In this document: positions 1 to 13,960 of the stretch, one piece after another
Layout of the letters: each line of letters opens with the position of its first letter
How positions within the stretch are numbered: position 1 is the stretch's first letter
DNA from: Octopus vulgaris
Lineage: Eukaryota
Reading direction: 5' to 3'
DNA length: 64,000 nucleotides
Assembly (NCBI GenBank): GCA_951406725.2
Contig: OX597820.1
Location: 35,154,001 to 35,218,000, forward strand
Program-made: the position numbers and the translations under genes
The notes under the pieces: generated by a model
The model's input: only the letters and a program-made list of their open reading frames with translations
Databases searched by the model: none
What the model was told of the DNA's origin: nothing

Positions 1-486
1 CACACAAAGACGTATGAGATGGCTTGGAAATGTTAGCCGTATGGAAGATGGCAGAATCCCCAAGGACATACTCAACGGAGAGCTTGCTAGGGACACTAGG
101 TCTGTGGGAAGACCGTTCTTACGATACAAGGATGTTTGCAAAAGGGATATGAATGCCTGCAACATCAATATTACCAACTGGGAAGCAGTTGCCAGCAACC
201 GTGAAGATTGGCGACGTACCGTAAAAGAGGGAACACAAAGGAGTGACATAGAGAGAAAGGAGAAATGGAAAGACAAGAAAAGACGTCAACAAGAAACTAT
301 GACATTACAACCAGCCAGGCAAAGTCTTCGCTACATTTGCGGCACCTGCCAGAGGGAGTGTTTGTCCAGGATAGGACTACACAGCCACAGCAGAAGATGT
401 ATTAGGACATGAAATGTAAAAGCCGGACTAGATTATTTTATGCGCAACTCCATTGTCTCCCGAGACAAAAAGGATGCCAACAACAA
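1..486 (+). mobile_element. RTE-clade LINE, 3' end (C-terminal ORF remnant 14..412 plus 3' UTR)
   Basis: RWLGNVSRMEDGRIPKDIL.GEL...R..GRP..RYKD..KRD and terminal C2H2-like CGTC...SRIGLHSHSRRC match RTE C-termini; 3' UTR hairpin tgtctc-cc-gagaca (454-467); (caa)n tail. Confidence 0.9.
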
Positions 487-778
487 TATATATGGATTTC
501 GTAGACAGGAACTGTAACAAATCAATCGTATATATACGTATGTATATATGTAAGTGTATGTGTGTGTTTTTGTCTCTGTGTTTCACCCTCATCACTGCTT
601 CACAACTGCTGTTCATTTATTTACATCCACATAACTTACTGGTTTCACAAGAACAAACTAATAGAATAAGTACTAGGCTTATCAACATAAAAAAGCACTA
701 AGCTGTGTCCCATATTTTTGTTTGGCCACTCAGTTGTATCTATCAATTTATCTTTGTATGTGTGCGTGTGTGTGTTTG

Positions 779-785
779 TATCTAC

Positions 786-868
<83 letters not shown>
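779..868. repeat. (TATC)n microsatellite, representative of dozens of (TA)n, (CA)n, (TATG)n, (TATC)n, (TC)n, (TCTG)n, (TTC)n and (TATTA)n tracts across the window
   Basis: Directly visible; these tracts explain the [12 protein letters not shown] pseudo-ORFs. Confidence 0.98.
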
Positions 869-2296
<1,428 letters not shown>

Positions 2297-2384
2297 GTAT
2301 ATGTATGTAATATATATGTATATGTATGCATGTATATATATATGTGTGTGTGTAATGTATGTGTATGTATATCTATATATACAT

Positions 2385-2442
<58 letters not shown>

Positions 2443-2867
2443 GTATATGTATGTAATATATATGTATGCATGTATATATATATATGTGTGTGTGGGTATA
2501 TGTAGATATGTATGGATGAGTATATTTATATATATATGTATATATATATGTATATATGGGTGTGTGTGTATATATATATATATATGTCTATGTATATGTG
2601 TTTATATGCATATATATTTGCATATATATGTGTGTATATATATACACATGTGTGTGTATATATTTATATATGTGTGTATGTGTATATATGTGTGTATGTG
2701 TATATATGTGTGTATGTGTGTATATATATATGTGTGTATATATATATATGTATGTGTATATATATGTGTGTATATATATACATGTGTGCATCTGTATATA
2801 TATCTATCTGTGTGTACATGTATATATGCATTATTGTTGGGGAACATGCAAACATATACACAGACAT

Positions 2868-2904
<37 letters not shown>

Positions 2905-2906
<2 letters not shown>

Positions 2907-3047
2907 AAGGGCTTCTTTCAGTTTCCATCTACCAAATTCACTCACAATGCTTTGTTCAGCCCGAGGCTACAGTAGCAGACATGTGGTGGGACTGAACCTG
3001 GAACCATATGGTTGGTAAGCAAGCTACTTACCACACAGCAACCCCTG
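2905..3047 (-). mobile_element. SINE family A, 5' half
   Basis: Reverse complement of the family A head (gtgtggtaagtagcttgcttaccaacc...ggtagatggaaactgaaagaagccc). Confidence 0.8.
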
Positions 3048-3259
3048 TATATATGCACACACCCAAATACATGCTAGTATTACATATAAGCATGCTATAT
3101 ATTATAATAATTCTGCTGGCACACTCCTACTTAGCCAGTCTGTTACGCTTAGCCAGTCCGTAAGCTTGCTGGGGTTGGCAGTTTAGTCACCGACGACCCG
3201 AACATGCAACTGGTTGTACTGAGATGCATATCACCAGCAGCTATCAAGAGCGACCTGAC

Positions 3260-3314
<55 letters not shown>

Positions 3315-3452
3315 CACATACACAGACACACACACGCCAGCCGAAATTGCGAAGATGATCCGGTTCTTGACTGAAGATTGAAGGCTTCGAATGTCGTGTT
3401 TTTTGAATCGTCTTCTAAATGTTTTACGTTCTTCTTCCAGTTTGTATTTTTC

Positions 3453-3499
<47 letters not shown>

Positions 3500-4201
3500 G
3501 CTATATACATATGCATCTGTGTGTGTGTACAAATCTATTTTCTTGTCTGATGCTTTTTAGGCCAACTGTAATAAACAAGTGCGTCAAACTCTATGCTTTG
3601 TATCAAAAGGTAACGTAGCGATTCGAAACAATAGTAAACAATAAAATAAGATCAACATTGAAATGAATACTGAAGTAAATCTTATCCACTAAAAGGTAGA
3701 TAAAATCGAACATGGAGCTCCAGAATTGCTGCAGTCCAATGACGGGAAGTCAGTAAATGAGTTAAGCAGATGAGTCAGTGGTTAGCGTAGACTAACAAGG
3801 TTTGGATGTGGGTGTAATATGTCGGCTATAAAGAGTTGCAAGTTGGCTTTTCAAGGTCTCATGTATTAAATATGTTAGCATTAACTTGTTAGTTTATCCC
3901 AAGAGGGAAAATTGAAATCATAATGGTTTCTTTTGCATGATTATATCTTTTTGGTATTTGAGGAATTAAATTTCAAAACTTCTTAGGTGCAGTGTAGTTA
4001 AGAGGTTGGCTTTTCAACCACGTGATTTCGTGTTCAGGCCTACTGCGTGGCACCTTGAGCAATTGTGTTATATTATAGTCCGAGACCGACCAGTGCCTTG
4101 TATCTGAATTTGGGGTTAATTCGATCAATTAAACCCTTAAATATAGTGATTCAGCATGGCCGCAAGTCAGGGGTAGAAACAAGTTAAATAACACAAAATA
4201 T

Positions 4202-4509
4202 GTTTTTGTTTGTTCCTTCTCAAGCCACGCCTGGCTCATTAGGGCCGATTTCCCGGTTTCCTTGGCCTGTAGGTTCTCCACTTGGACGGAACGCCTGTCC
4301 GTCGCAGCTGAGCTGCAAGATGTAGGAGGAAAGAGTGAGAGAAAGTTGTAGCGAAAGAGTCAACAGCAGTTCGCCATTATCTTCTGCCGGAGCCGAGTGG
4401 AGCTTAGGTGTATCACTCATAAACACACACATCACCCGGTCTTAGATTCGAACCCGCGATCCCTCGACCGCGAGTCCGCTGCTCTAACCACTAGGACATG
4501 TGCCTCCAC
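4202..4509 (-). mobile_element. SINE family C (tRNA head), tail type 1
   Basis: tRNA-like A/B boxes (tcctagtggttag; ggttcgaatc) on the minus strand; flanked by TSD aacacaaaatat at 4190-4201 and 4510-4521. Confidence 0.9.
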
Positions 4510-4905
4510 AACACAAAATATTGGGAAAGGAAAAAAGGAAATGTATTCATTAATTATCAATACGTTCAGGCAGATTTGGACGTGAATATCTGATTGCTGT
4601 TTTACTTCGTCAGCAGAGAAACACCCCACCATCCCTTAAACGACGTGTGGTTGTAACAGACACGATTCACCGGTGTAGGGGGATTCTGAGACACCGAGAC
4701 AACTCGACCTATCTGCGTGCCTCCTCAGCCAAAGTCATGTGTTATTATCCGTTTGACAGACATCACGTTCGAACCTGCCAAAACATATCAAGAATGAATA
4801 GATATGTTGCTGTTTGAATCCTTGCTGTTCCGCGTGCACCTCATCGATAATATTTCTTTGGCAGACACTGGCACATATCAGCATATAATTTGTTTGCTAA
4901 ATTCT

Positions 4906-5116
4906 TGTGGTGTGGACGTCCCCAGACGATGAAGTAGGCTAGCCCAATACGTAGATGTAGTGGGAGAAGCCCAGACGTCAGAGTTCAGACTAGAACAGAG
5001 TAGAGAGTAGAGGTAGAAGAGCAGAGTTGAGTAGCATTCATCCGAACGTGCGACATAACAGTGGCGACGAGGATTTCGTAGCTCACACAGCCACTGTGTA
5101 GTATTGCGACATAACA
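4906..5116 (+). mobile_element. Internally deleted short-LTR retroelement: 155-bp LTR, PBS, then 3' LTR end
   Basis: TG...CA LTR 4906-5060; PBS tggcgacgaggat 5062-5074; LTR terminus gcgacataaca repeated at 5106-5116; exact 5-bp TSD attct at 4901-4905 and 5117-5121; homologous solo LTR at 46620. Confidence 0.85.
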
Positions 5117-5800
5117 ATTCTATAAATAGGAGTTTCTGCACTTGTTGGATTCATCAGTTCGGTGGAGTGGCTTTCACTGAGGAGACACATAATGAAGTCG
5201 AGACACTGCAGCATCTGCAAATTCAGTTACACCAGTGTATCACATGCTTTGAACATGCATCATCTAACGGAAGGTGTTCTCCAATGACAAAAACAACAGT
5301 GAACAGATATTTATATTCGAATCTGCTTGAACTTATTAAGAAAGTACTGATACGTCATAGTTTAGATTCCCACGGTTCTGTGTACACACCATGAGATAAA
5401 ATGAAAATCTCACTTTGAAAACTAAGAATAGCAAATATGACGAATAATTTTTGCAGAGGAAAACCACAATTTTAAAAATAGCCATCGGATAGTTTTTAAG
5501 GAATGGTCCTTCCTTAGAAAGTGTTGCGTTGCTATTCTTAAATTTCAAACATTATTATGTCCTTGACTGTCATAAAAAAACACCCACTATAAGTTGTCTT
5601 AAGAAGTTATACAATGGCACACGACGTTTTGAATATTTCACCCCCAGAATATATAATGTGTCTTATTGTTTGTGGCGGAGGAGGGGAGCTTTAAACTGTT
5701 TGTGGGAGAGGATCTATTTATAGTTATATAGATAAGTATATACATGTATATACATGTATATAACATATATATTTACATCTATGTATAAATGTATATACAA

Positions 5801-5840
<40 letters not shown>

Positions 5841-5936
5841 GTATGTATGTGTGTCAGGAATGATTTGGTATGCTCTCACACACTTTCACGCACTCTCACA
5901 CACAATGCACACACACATATATATGTGTATATGAAT

Positions 5937-6007
<71 letters not shown>

Positions 6008-6059
6008 ATATGTATACATATATATATACACACAGACACACAACCCATATATGTAATAA

Positions 6060-6840
6060 AGAAGTGTTCGACTACAGAATGTCTATTATCTAAGGATTAA
6101 AAGACAGAATGTAAGTTTTCTTGCCAGCACATCGACAAGAAAACCCCCACTAAGTTGGCTAGCCATGTATGAGATCGAAGGATTTAATGCATACTATATG
6201 CAATAAAGTGGAGCTTCGGGGAGAAGTCTATGCCATACGTAAATGGCCCAAAGAGTTGCAAGCTATGTGTAGCTGAAAGATCACACTTTCTTTTTAGATC
6301 CAAGGACTCCACCACATTACTTAATTACGGATACGAAATTTTCACTAAATGCAAGCACATGAATAAATTTGTTTTGTCGAACTGGACGACACCACACTCA
6401 CAGGATTGAGCAGCTGTCTCGCAGAGTTTGAACTCTTTGCTGTCTCGCAGAGTTTGGTCTCTTCGCTGTCCTACAGAGTTTGGTCTCTTCGCTGTCTCGT
6501 AGAGTTTTACCTCCTCGTTGTCCTGCAAAGATTGGTCACCTCCTCGCCAGCTAGATTAATTATGATTTCGAAGGACAAAGGGGATACAATTCTTGGTTCT
6601 CTATCTCTCTTTTTCCGTTTTTATTCACCTCTCATTTTTTCGTTCCACTTCCTGCATCAACCTTCTTCTTATTTTTTTTCTTGAGTTGTCTCATAGACCA
6701 GCGTCCTTTTATTCAAATAAGACCAACAATGTGTATTGAGCCTGAAGGATTGCTTCCATGAACAAAGTACCTTATATAAACCTGCCCAATTATTGCTTCC
6801 GCAGTATGAAACTATTAGTAGGTCATATGTAATTACTGTC
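6060..6840 (+). mobile_element. Penelope-like element remnant (GIY-YIG endonuclease C-terminal part plus 3' region)
   Basis: Manual translation ~6130-6385: TKLASHV*..IKWSF...PYVNGPKSCKLCVAE...LLNYGYEIFTKCKHMNKF, a PLE-type pattern with in-frame stops; ~26-bp tandem units at 6415-6510. Confidence 0.75.
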
Positions 6841-6939
6841 TCTATATATATATATATATACATACATACACACGTGCGCACACAAACTCTCTCTCTCTCT
6901 CCCTCACTTACACACACACACACACACACACACGTATAT

Positions 6940-7152
6940 CCTTTCTACTATAGGTACAAGGTTTGAAATTTGGGGAAGGGGGATAGCCGATTACATCAAC
7001 CCCAGTGCATAACTGGTTCTTAGTTTATCGACCCCGAAAGGATGAAAGGCAAAGTCTACCTCGGCGGAATTTGAACTCAGAACATAGCGACAGACGAAAT
7101 ACCGATAAGCACTTCGACCGGTGTGCTAACGATTCTACCAGTTTGCCACCTT
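6940..7152 (-). mobile_element. SINE family B
   Basis: Reverse complement of the ttctgagttcaaattccgccgagg...gcctttcatcctttcggggtcgataaa core. Confidence 0.88.
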
Positions 7153-7912
7153 CACACACACACACACACACACACACATATGTATACACATACATATATG
7201 CAGTATGCATAACGTATATTAAATGGATTTCCGTTTACGAAATTCTGACTCCCAAAGTATTAACCAAACCAACCAATGCAAGAAAGCTCATACAAAGGCA
7301 CATCGTGGTCTCAAAATGAAACTGTTAACAACACAGTCACGCTAGCCTACAGTTATCTATCTATCTATTTATTTATCTATTTATTCATTATTCATTTATT
7401 TTCAGTTTGTCTGACTGATCTTTTATGAAGCAGTTTTAACAGTTTTAACCCTATTATTGCGGAAATCAGATATTTCCACTCGAAAATTTCACCCCCTTAA
7501 CTACGGAAAGCAGTATTACATACCAATCTATCTTTCGTTGAGGAATGTCATGTTTGAAACTATTTTTCGTTGAGATATGTCAAGTTTATTGAGGCAAACG
7601 TCACTAGCAAGAAAATACCAATTCTGTTCTTTTGGTAGATATTTAGCATCATTACTAGAATAACCATGAAATGTAATTTCGCACTTAAAGGGATAAACTG
7701 CTTTTATTGTGTGTGTATAGTGGTGGGGATACGCAGGATGTTGTTGCTTTAGGCGTTAATGAGAATATCAAATTTAGTTCCAGAAAAGTTTCACACAGTA
7801 AATATAGTTATATACATTCACGCATACATATATACATGCATACATACATACATACATACATACATACATACATGCATACATATTTATGTGTACACGTCAG
7901 TGTGTGTGCGTT

Positions 7913-7944
<32 letters not shown>

Positions 7945-8184
7945 TATATGCGTGTGTGTTGTTACTGTGTTTTCCTGCGTGTTCTTTACACATATTAAAC
8001 TCTGATTTGCAGAAATTATAAACACATATATGCGAGCATGTACCACGCACACACAAACGCGCGCACACACACACACTCATACACGCGCACACACACACAG
8101 ACATACACATATGTGTGTGTGTGTGTGTAGATGTGTATATATCTATATACATCCATAAATATATATATATATATATATATACGT

Positions 8185-8530
8185 ATGGCTGTGCATTAAG
8201 TAGCTTACTTACCAACCACATGGTACCGGGTTCAGTCGCACTGCATGGTACCTTGGGCAAGCGTCTTCTACTAATGCCTCGGGCAGACCAAAACCTTGTG
8301 AGTGGATTTGGTAGACGGAAACTGAGAGAAGCCCATCGTATATGTATGTGTGTGTGTGCATGTGTGCGTGTGTGCATATATATGTATATGTTTGCGTATT
8401 TGTCCCCCCAATATCACTTGACAACTGATGCTGGTGTGTTTACGTCCCTGTAAATTAGCAGTTCGGTCAGATAGACGGAGAGAATAAGTACTAGATTTTC
8501 TTGGCTATAGGCGGTGGTCCAGCATGGCCG
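8185..8530 (+). mobile_element. SINE family A
   Basis: Head, internal microsatellite and 3' half ending ggcggtggtccagcatggccg. Confidence 0.85.
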
Positions 8531-8695
8531 AGATAATCCCTGTAATGAGGAACTGGTGCGTGATCGTTTTGAGATAATCCCTGTAATGAAGAACTGGAGA
8601 GTGGTCGTTTTGAGATAATCTCTGTAATGAAGAACTGGATATGAGCATTTCAGGATAATCCTTGTAATGAAGAATTGGATAAAGATAATTCCTTG
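8530..8695 (+). repeat. Degenerate minisatellite, ~41-bp unit (gagataatccctgtaatgaagaactgg...), about 4 copies
   Basis: Units start at 8530, 8571, 8612 and ~8652. Confidence 0.85.
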
Positions 8696-9243
8696 TTGTG
8701 AAGTCGTCTCTGGGTTGTTTAATTTCTCAGAGTATTTTGTTTGGTGTGGGAAAACAAGGATTTTGGGGGATACAGTAGATACAGAATTCTAAATGGGGTT
8801 GTGCAAATGCTGAAGACATAGGGATATCGACAGCTGGTTCACTGAACTGGAAATGTCTAAAAATCGGAGAGTTTAAGCTGCTGGTGATATCGACTCTGTT
8901 GAACTAAGCTCTCCTGTCGAAGATGTTGACAATTATTCCGAAGATTATAAGGGACACACAACGAAGTGGAAACGCAGGTGTCTCAGAGCCCCCTTTCCCA
9001 ATGAATCGAATGTGTCATGAACACACATTCGTCTGAAAAGAGTTGCTTACCATCATCAAATACAACAAAGACTAACACATTTACTTCCGATTCTGTATTA
9101 AGAATGAAAATGTATGTCATTCTTTTGATTCTTGCTGTTCACCGTGCAAATGACAATGGCAGACATCAACACGCATCAGCAAATAATTTGTTTGAAGAAT
9201 CCTATAAACAAGAGACAAAAATTCTTGTTATATTCATTGGTCC

Positions 9244-9658
9244 GGAGTGGCTGTGTGGTAAGTAGCTTGCTTACTAACCACATGGTTCCGGGTTCAGTCA
9301 CACCGCGTGGCACCTTGGGCAAGTGTCTTCTACTATAGCCTCGGGCCAACCAAAGCCGTGTGAGTGGATTTGGTAGACGGAAACTGAAAGAAGCCCGTCG
9401 TATATATGTATACATATATATATATATATGTATGTATGTATGTGTGTGTGTGTGTATGTTTGTGTGTCTGCTTGACAATCGATGCTGGTGTGTTTATGTC
9501 CCCGTAACTTAGCGGTTCGGCAAAAGAGACCAATAGAATAAGTACCAGGCTTACAAAGAATAAGTCCTGGGGTCGATGTGCTCGACTAAAGGCGGTGCTC
9601 CAGCATGGCCGCAGTCAAATGACTCAAACAAGTTAAAGAGTAAAAGAGTAAAGAGAGT
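9244..9658 (+). mobile_element. SINE family A, full length
   Basis: tRNA-like head, internal (TA/TG)n, 3' half and (aaaagagt)n tail. Confidence 0.92.
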
Positions 9659-11466
9659 ATACACAATAAGTTCGAAACACTGGAATCTTAAAGTTTCTAT
9701 ACCCCAATATATCGGGTGTACTGTGAACACACTCGTCTGGAAGAAATACAACAGTGATTAGCAAACTCCCGTTCGAACGTATTTAAAATGAATGTTTCTC
9801 ATGCACATGAGTTATTGTTCCTAAGATTTTGATATTGTTTAACGTCATTCGAGAAGTTCGACAAAGAGCAGAGATATGGTTGGTTGAGAGTTTCCTCTTT
9901 TTTAAAGCAGTTGAACTCACAATCCCCCTTGTTTAGCAACTATGTTGTTTACTTTTGCCTATTAAATTACAGCATATCAGTCAGACTGAAGTAGTATCGA
10001 ATAACTTACATCATTCAAGTTTTTTGAATCTTACAAATGTCTATGAATATTTTCATCTTTACGTAGATCAGTGGCGTAGCCAGGTTTTTGGTCGGCCCTT
10101 CCTTAAGCCTAACAGAACTTCAGCGACAGCGAACACATTTTTAAAGCGGCCGCACTGTGCATTCTGCACACCCCGAACTTCCTATATTATGTCACTGTTC
10201 ACGATATTGTTTGTGTTAATTATGAAAAGAAATGAGTCCAACATAGTGCTTTGAAGGGCATCAGTAATAATAACTTCTTCTAGACTTGAATGGGTACCGT
10301 CGATCACAACGTGTTGGGTTTCGTTAACCAGAAAACACTTAATCTAATGCGTCATTTCCGAGGAAGTTGCATAGTTTTCCTCTCCATAATATTGTGGTCG
10401 ACTCTGTTTTTCCTCATCCCATGTTTTACCTTCACCTTATTCTCGCCTTTATTCGCTTCTCCTACTCATTCCACTCCTCTTTTCTTGTACCTCACTCACC
10501 CATTTCTTACTCCTACTACTTCCTGTCCACGTTTAAAGATTTCGAGATTTTGTGTTCCTTAGCGGTCAGTTTTACTAACTTAGAGGATGTAAAAAATTTA
10601 CCGTTTCCAATTTCACTCCTGTCAACTTTTCCTTGGAAAAAAATTTCTCTCCGAAACGACAAATTTTTCACTCTTTACGGCAAGTTCACCGAAGGACTGT
10701 GCTTTAGTCCTATTTCAAATAATTAAAGATGTCATCAAATAATTGTGGGAGCTGTATCAAGCAATCTCTCATCCATCGAAAGCTATGCTAACTGGAATTT
10801 AAGAGAGTGACGCTCTCAAAGAGGTCGGTTTTTATTTTATTCTATCCCACTATCTCTCAAATACATTAATCATATGAGATAAGTGAGGCCGGACAGTAGT
10901 TCACAGCAAGAGATTTATTCCAGTGTTTAAAAACTGGGGTAACAGTGACACAACGAATGTTCGCACACATAGCCCGCGTCTAGCGATTTGGGGAAAAATT
11001 TTTACGAGATGGTCGTAATACTAAAAGTTTGTTAGGAAAAGGGCACAGAATTGGTGGTGATGGTGGTGGAGATGGTAGGTCAAAAATGTAAAAGAATCAG
11101 ACCTTTTTGACCAAGAATTATTTTCTGGAAAGAAACAACCTTTCAGTTCTTTGGCCTTTTCCTTCTGTATGAAGTAGAGATAATTATCCTGAAAATCCGC
11201 TAATCAGAGTTTGGAGACAAGTGTATTTGTAAAACTTTACCCGATTTTCTCCAGAGATTACCTGGAAAGAGTGTACTTTGATGTTGATACTCTTTCAGAA
11301 GTGAATTTATCGGTTGTGCTTAATTTTTGTTATTGTTACTATGACCCCCGTTATGTCAGAGATTATATAGATGTGATTATCTTCAGTGAATCCACCAAAT
11401 TTAACCCAATTGAGATCACTGAAGACAGAGCATTATTGTTTCAGAAGAATCTCTGCCAGTTCTCTC

Positions 11467-11565
<99 letters not shown>

Positions 11566-11867
11566 CCCCATTTTGTTAATTAACGACCAGGAAAAATAAC
11601 TCAAAACAAGAATAAAAGGCAGTAGTTTATTCAGGCTGATCCTGTAGCCTCAGAATCTGCCTATTTTAGACTTTTCTGTGGCCACTTCTGCACGTCATAG
11701 GAACACCAGAATAACAGGACACTGGAATAACCGAAATAAGCTATACATAAATAAATACATACATACATACATACATACATACATACATACATACATACAT
11801 ACATACATACATACATACATGCATATATACATGCATACACACACACATACATGCAAATATACATACA

Positions 11868-12035
11868 GGGGGAGAATTCACAAAAAAAAAACAAAAGACG
11901 AAGACAGATAGTGTAGACAACAAACAGATGTACTAGTAGAACGTTCGGGAAGTGAAATAGTCTTTAACGTTTCAAACCTACGCTCTTCCACAGAAAGGAA
12001 CACAGAAAGAAACAGGGAGAGAAAATAAAGAATGT
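11868..12035 (-). mobile_element. Short Penelope-like pLTR fragment
   Basis: Reverse complement resembles 26330-26490 and 58100-58460 (agagcgtaggctcgaaacg motif). Confidence 0.6.
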
Positions 12036-12130
12036 TCGGGTGTATTGCAAATATTTAAATGGTGATGCATAATACTGTTAAAACTGTCAATGTTTGTTCA
12101 TCGTTTTATATATTGAATTATGCACGTATG

Positions 12131-12171
<41 letters not shown>

Positions 12172-12183
12172 GATATATATATA

Positions 12184-12719
<536 letters not shown>

Positions 12720-12720
<1 letters not shown>

Positions 12721-12935
12721 TTTATTTTAAGCAGCAGAAAAATCAACAAAATCTGTTACTCTGAGTTTCTCGTTGCCGTTCATCAGACAGTTTTTGCTAA
12801 AAACTGTCTGATGAACGGCAACGAAAACTCAGAGTAACAGATTTTGTTGATTTTTCTGCTGCTTAAAATAAAGCATATTACTCTACCACTGGTATTTGAG
12901 TACTCTTTTTCCACCTTGTTTCACATTTATGTGTT
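12720..12935 (+). mobile_element. Penelope-like pLTR with 5' inversion, forming a 154-bp foldback with hammerhead-like motifs
   Basis: Arms 12720-12795 and 12799-12873, loop gct; related copy at 50240-50365 (-). Confidence 0.75.
12753..12790 (-). ncRNA. Putative minimal type I hammerhead ribozyme (mirror copy on + at 12804-12840)
   Basis: Minus strand reads ctgt-CTGATGA-acg-gcaa-cga-GAAA-ctc-a-gag-TA-acag: stem I ctgt/acag, core boxes, GCAA-looped stem II, stem III ctc/gag, GUA cleavage triplet. Confidence 0.6.
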
Positions 12936-13477
12936 TATATATATATATATATATATATATGCGTGTGTGTGTGTATGTATGTTTGTGTGTACGTACTTAT
13001 GTATATATGCATATATATGTATATATATTTTATGTATGTGTATGTACGTACGTATGTATGTATGTATATATATATATGTATGTATGTATGTGTGTGTTCA
13101 TGGGCGTGCGTGTGTGTGTGTCTGTGTATATGTGTGTGTGTGCGTGTGTATGTGTACGCGTGTGTCTGTGTGTCGAGTATGTTTAATGTTAGCTGCTCCA
13201 TAAGTACATTTAAGTTGGTTTTGGCTTTATTACCTTACGTAAACAATCGTTGGCAATATGGCGTTGTGTAAGTGTTGTATGTGTGTGACTACATCTGTGC
13301 ATGTGAGTATGTCGGAATGTGTATATGTGCAGATGTGTGTGCCGTTTGTAACAGAGTTAGAATGTGAATGCTCAAAGGACGGATAGATACATATACATAT
13401 ATGTGTGTGTGTGTGTGTGTATAAATACACATACACATATTCATGCTTAAGTATATATACATACAAATACAAAAACG

Positions 13478-13521
<44 letters not shown>

Positions 13522-13907
13522 AGGGTGAGTGAGAAACAGTCAAGAATAAGTGTGAGAGAGAGAGAGATAAAACGATTAACTGAAGGAGTGACATGAAGAT
13601 TCTCAGCGAAACAGAGAATATTTATGTTTTGTCAGACAAAGTGCAAGTAGAACATAGAAATAGAGATAGAGAGGGAAATTAGAGGAGAAAGAGTAAGAGA
13701 GAGGGTGAGAGAGAGAGAGAGAGATGAGGAGAACCGAACGATATAGATGGGAATGTATAGAATAAGGAAGAGGAAAATGTTTACGAGAGATGAAAGTGTG
13801 TGTATATGTGTGTGAGTTACTCTGTGTGTATGTCTGTGTGTCTATAGATTTATATATGCTGTTACTATTTTGTGAGCAGGTTATATACGCGTGTGTATGT
13901 GAGAGAT

Positions 13908-13960
<53 letters not shown>

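Noticed and set aside
8530-8695. CRISPR-like appearance of short repeats (also 29969 and 63541)
   Set aside because: Head-to-tail tandem units without unique spacers; no cas genes; eukaryotic context.
10069-10200. hAT-like terminus cagtggcgtagccagg
   Set aside because: No matching opposite terminus or TSD found.
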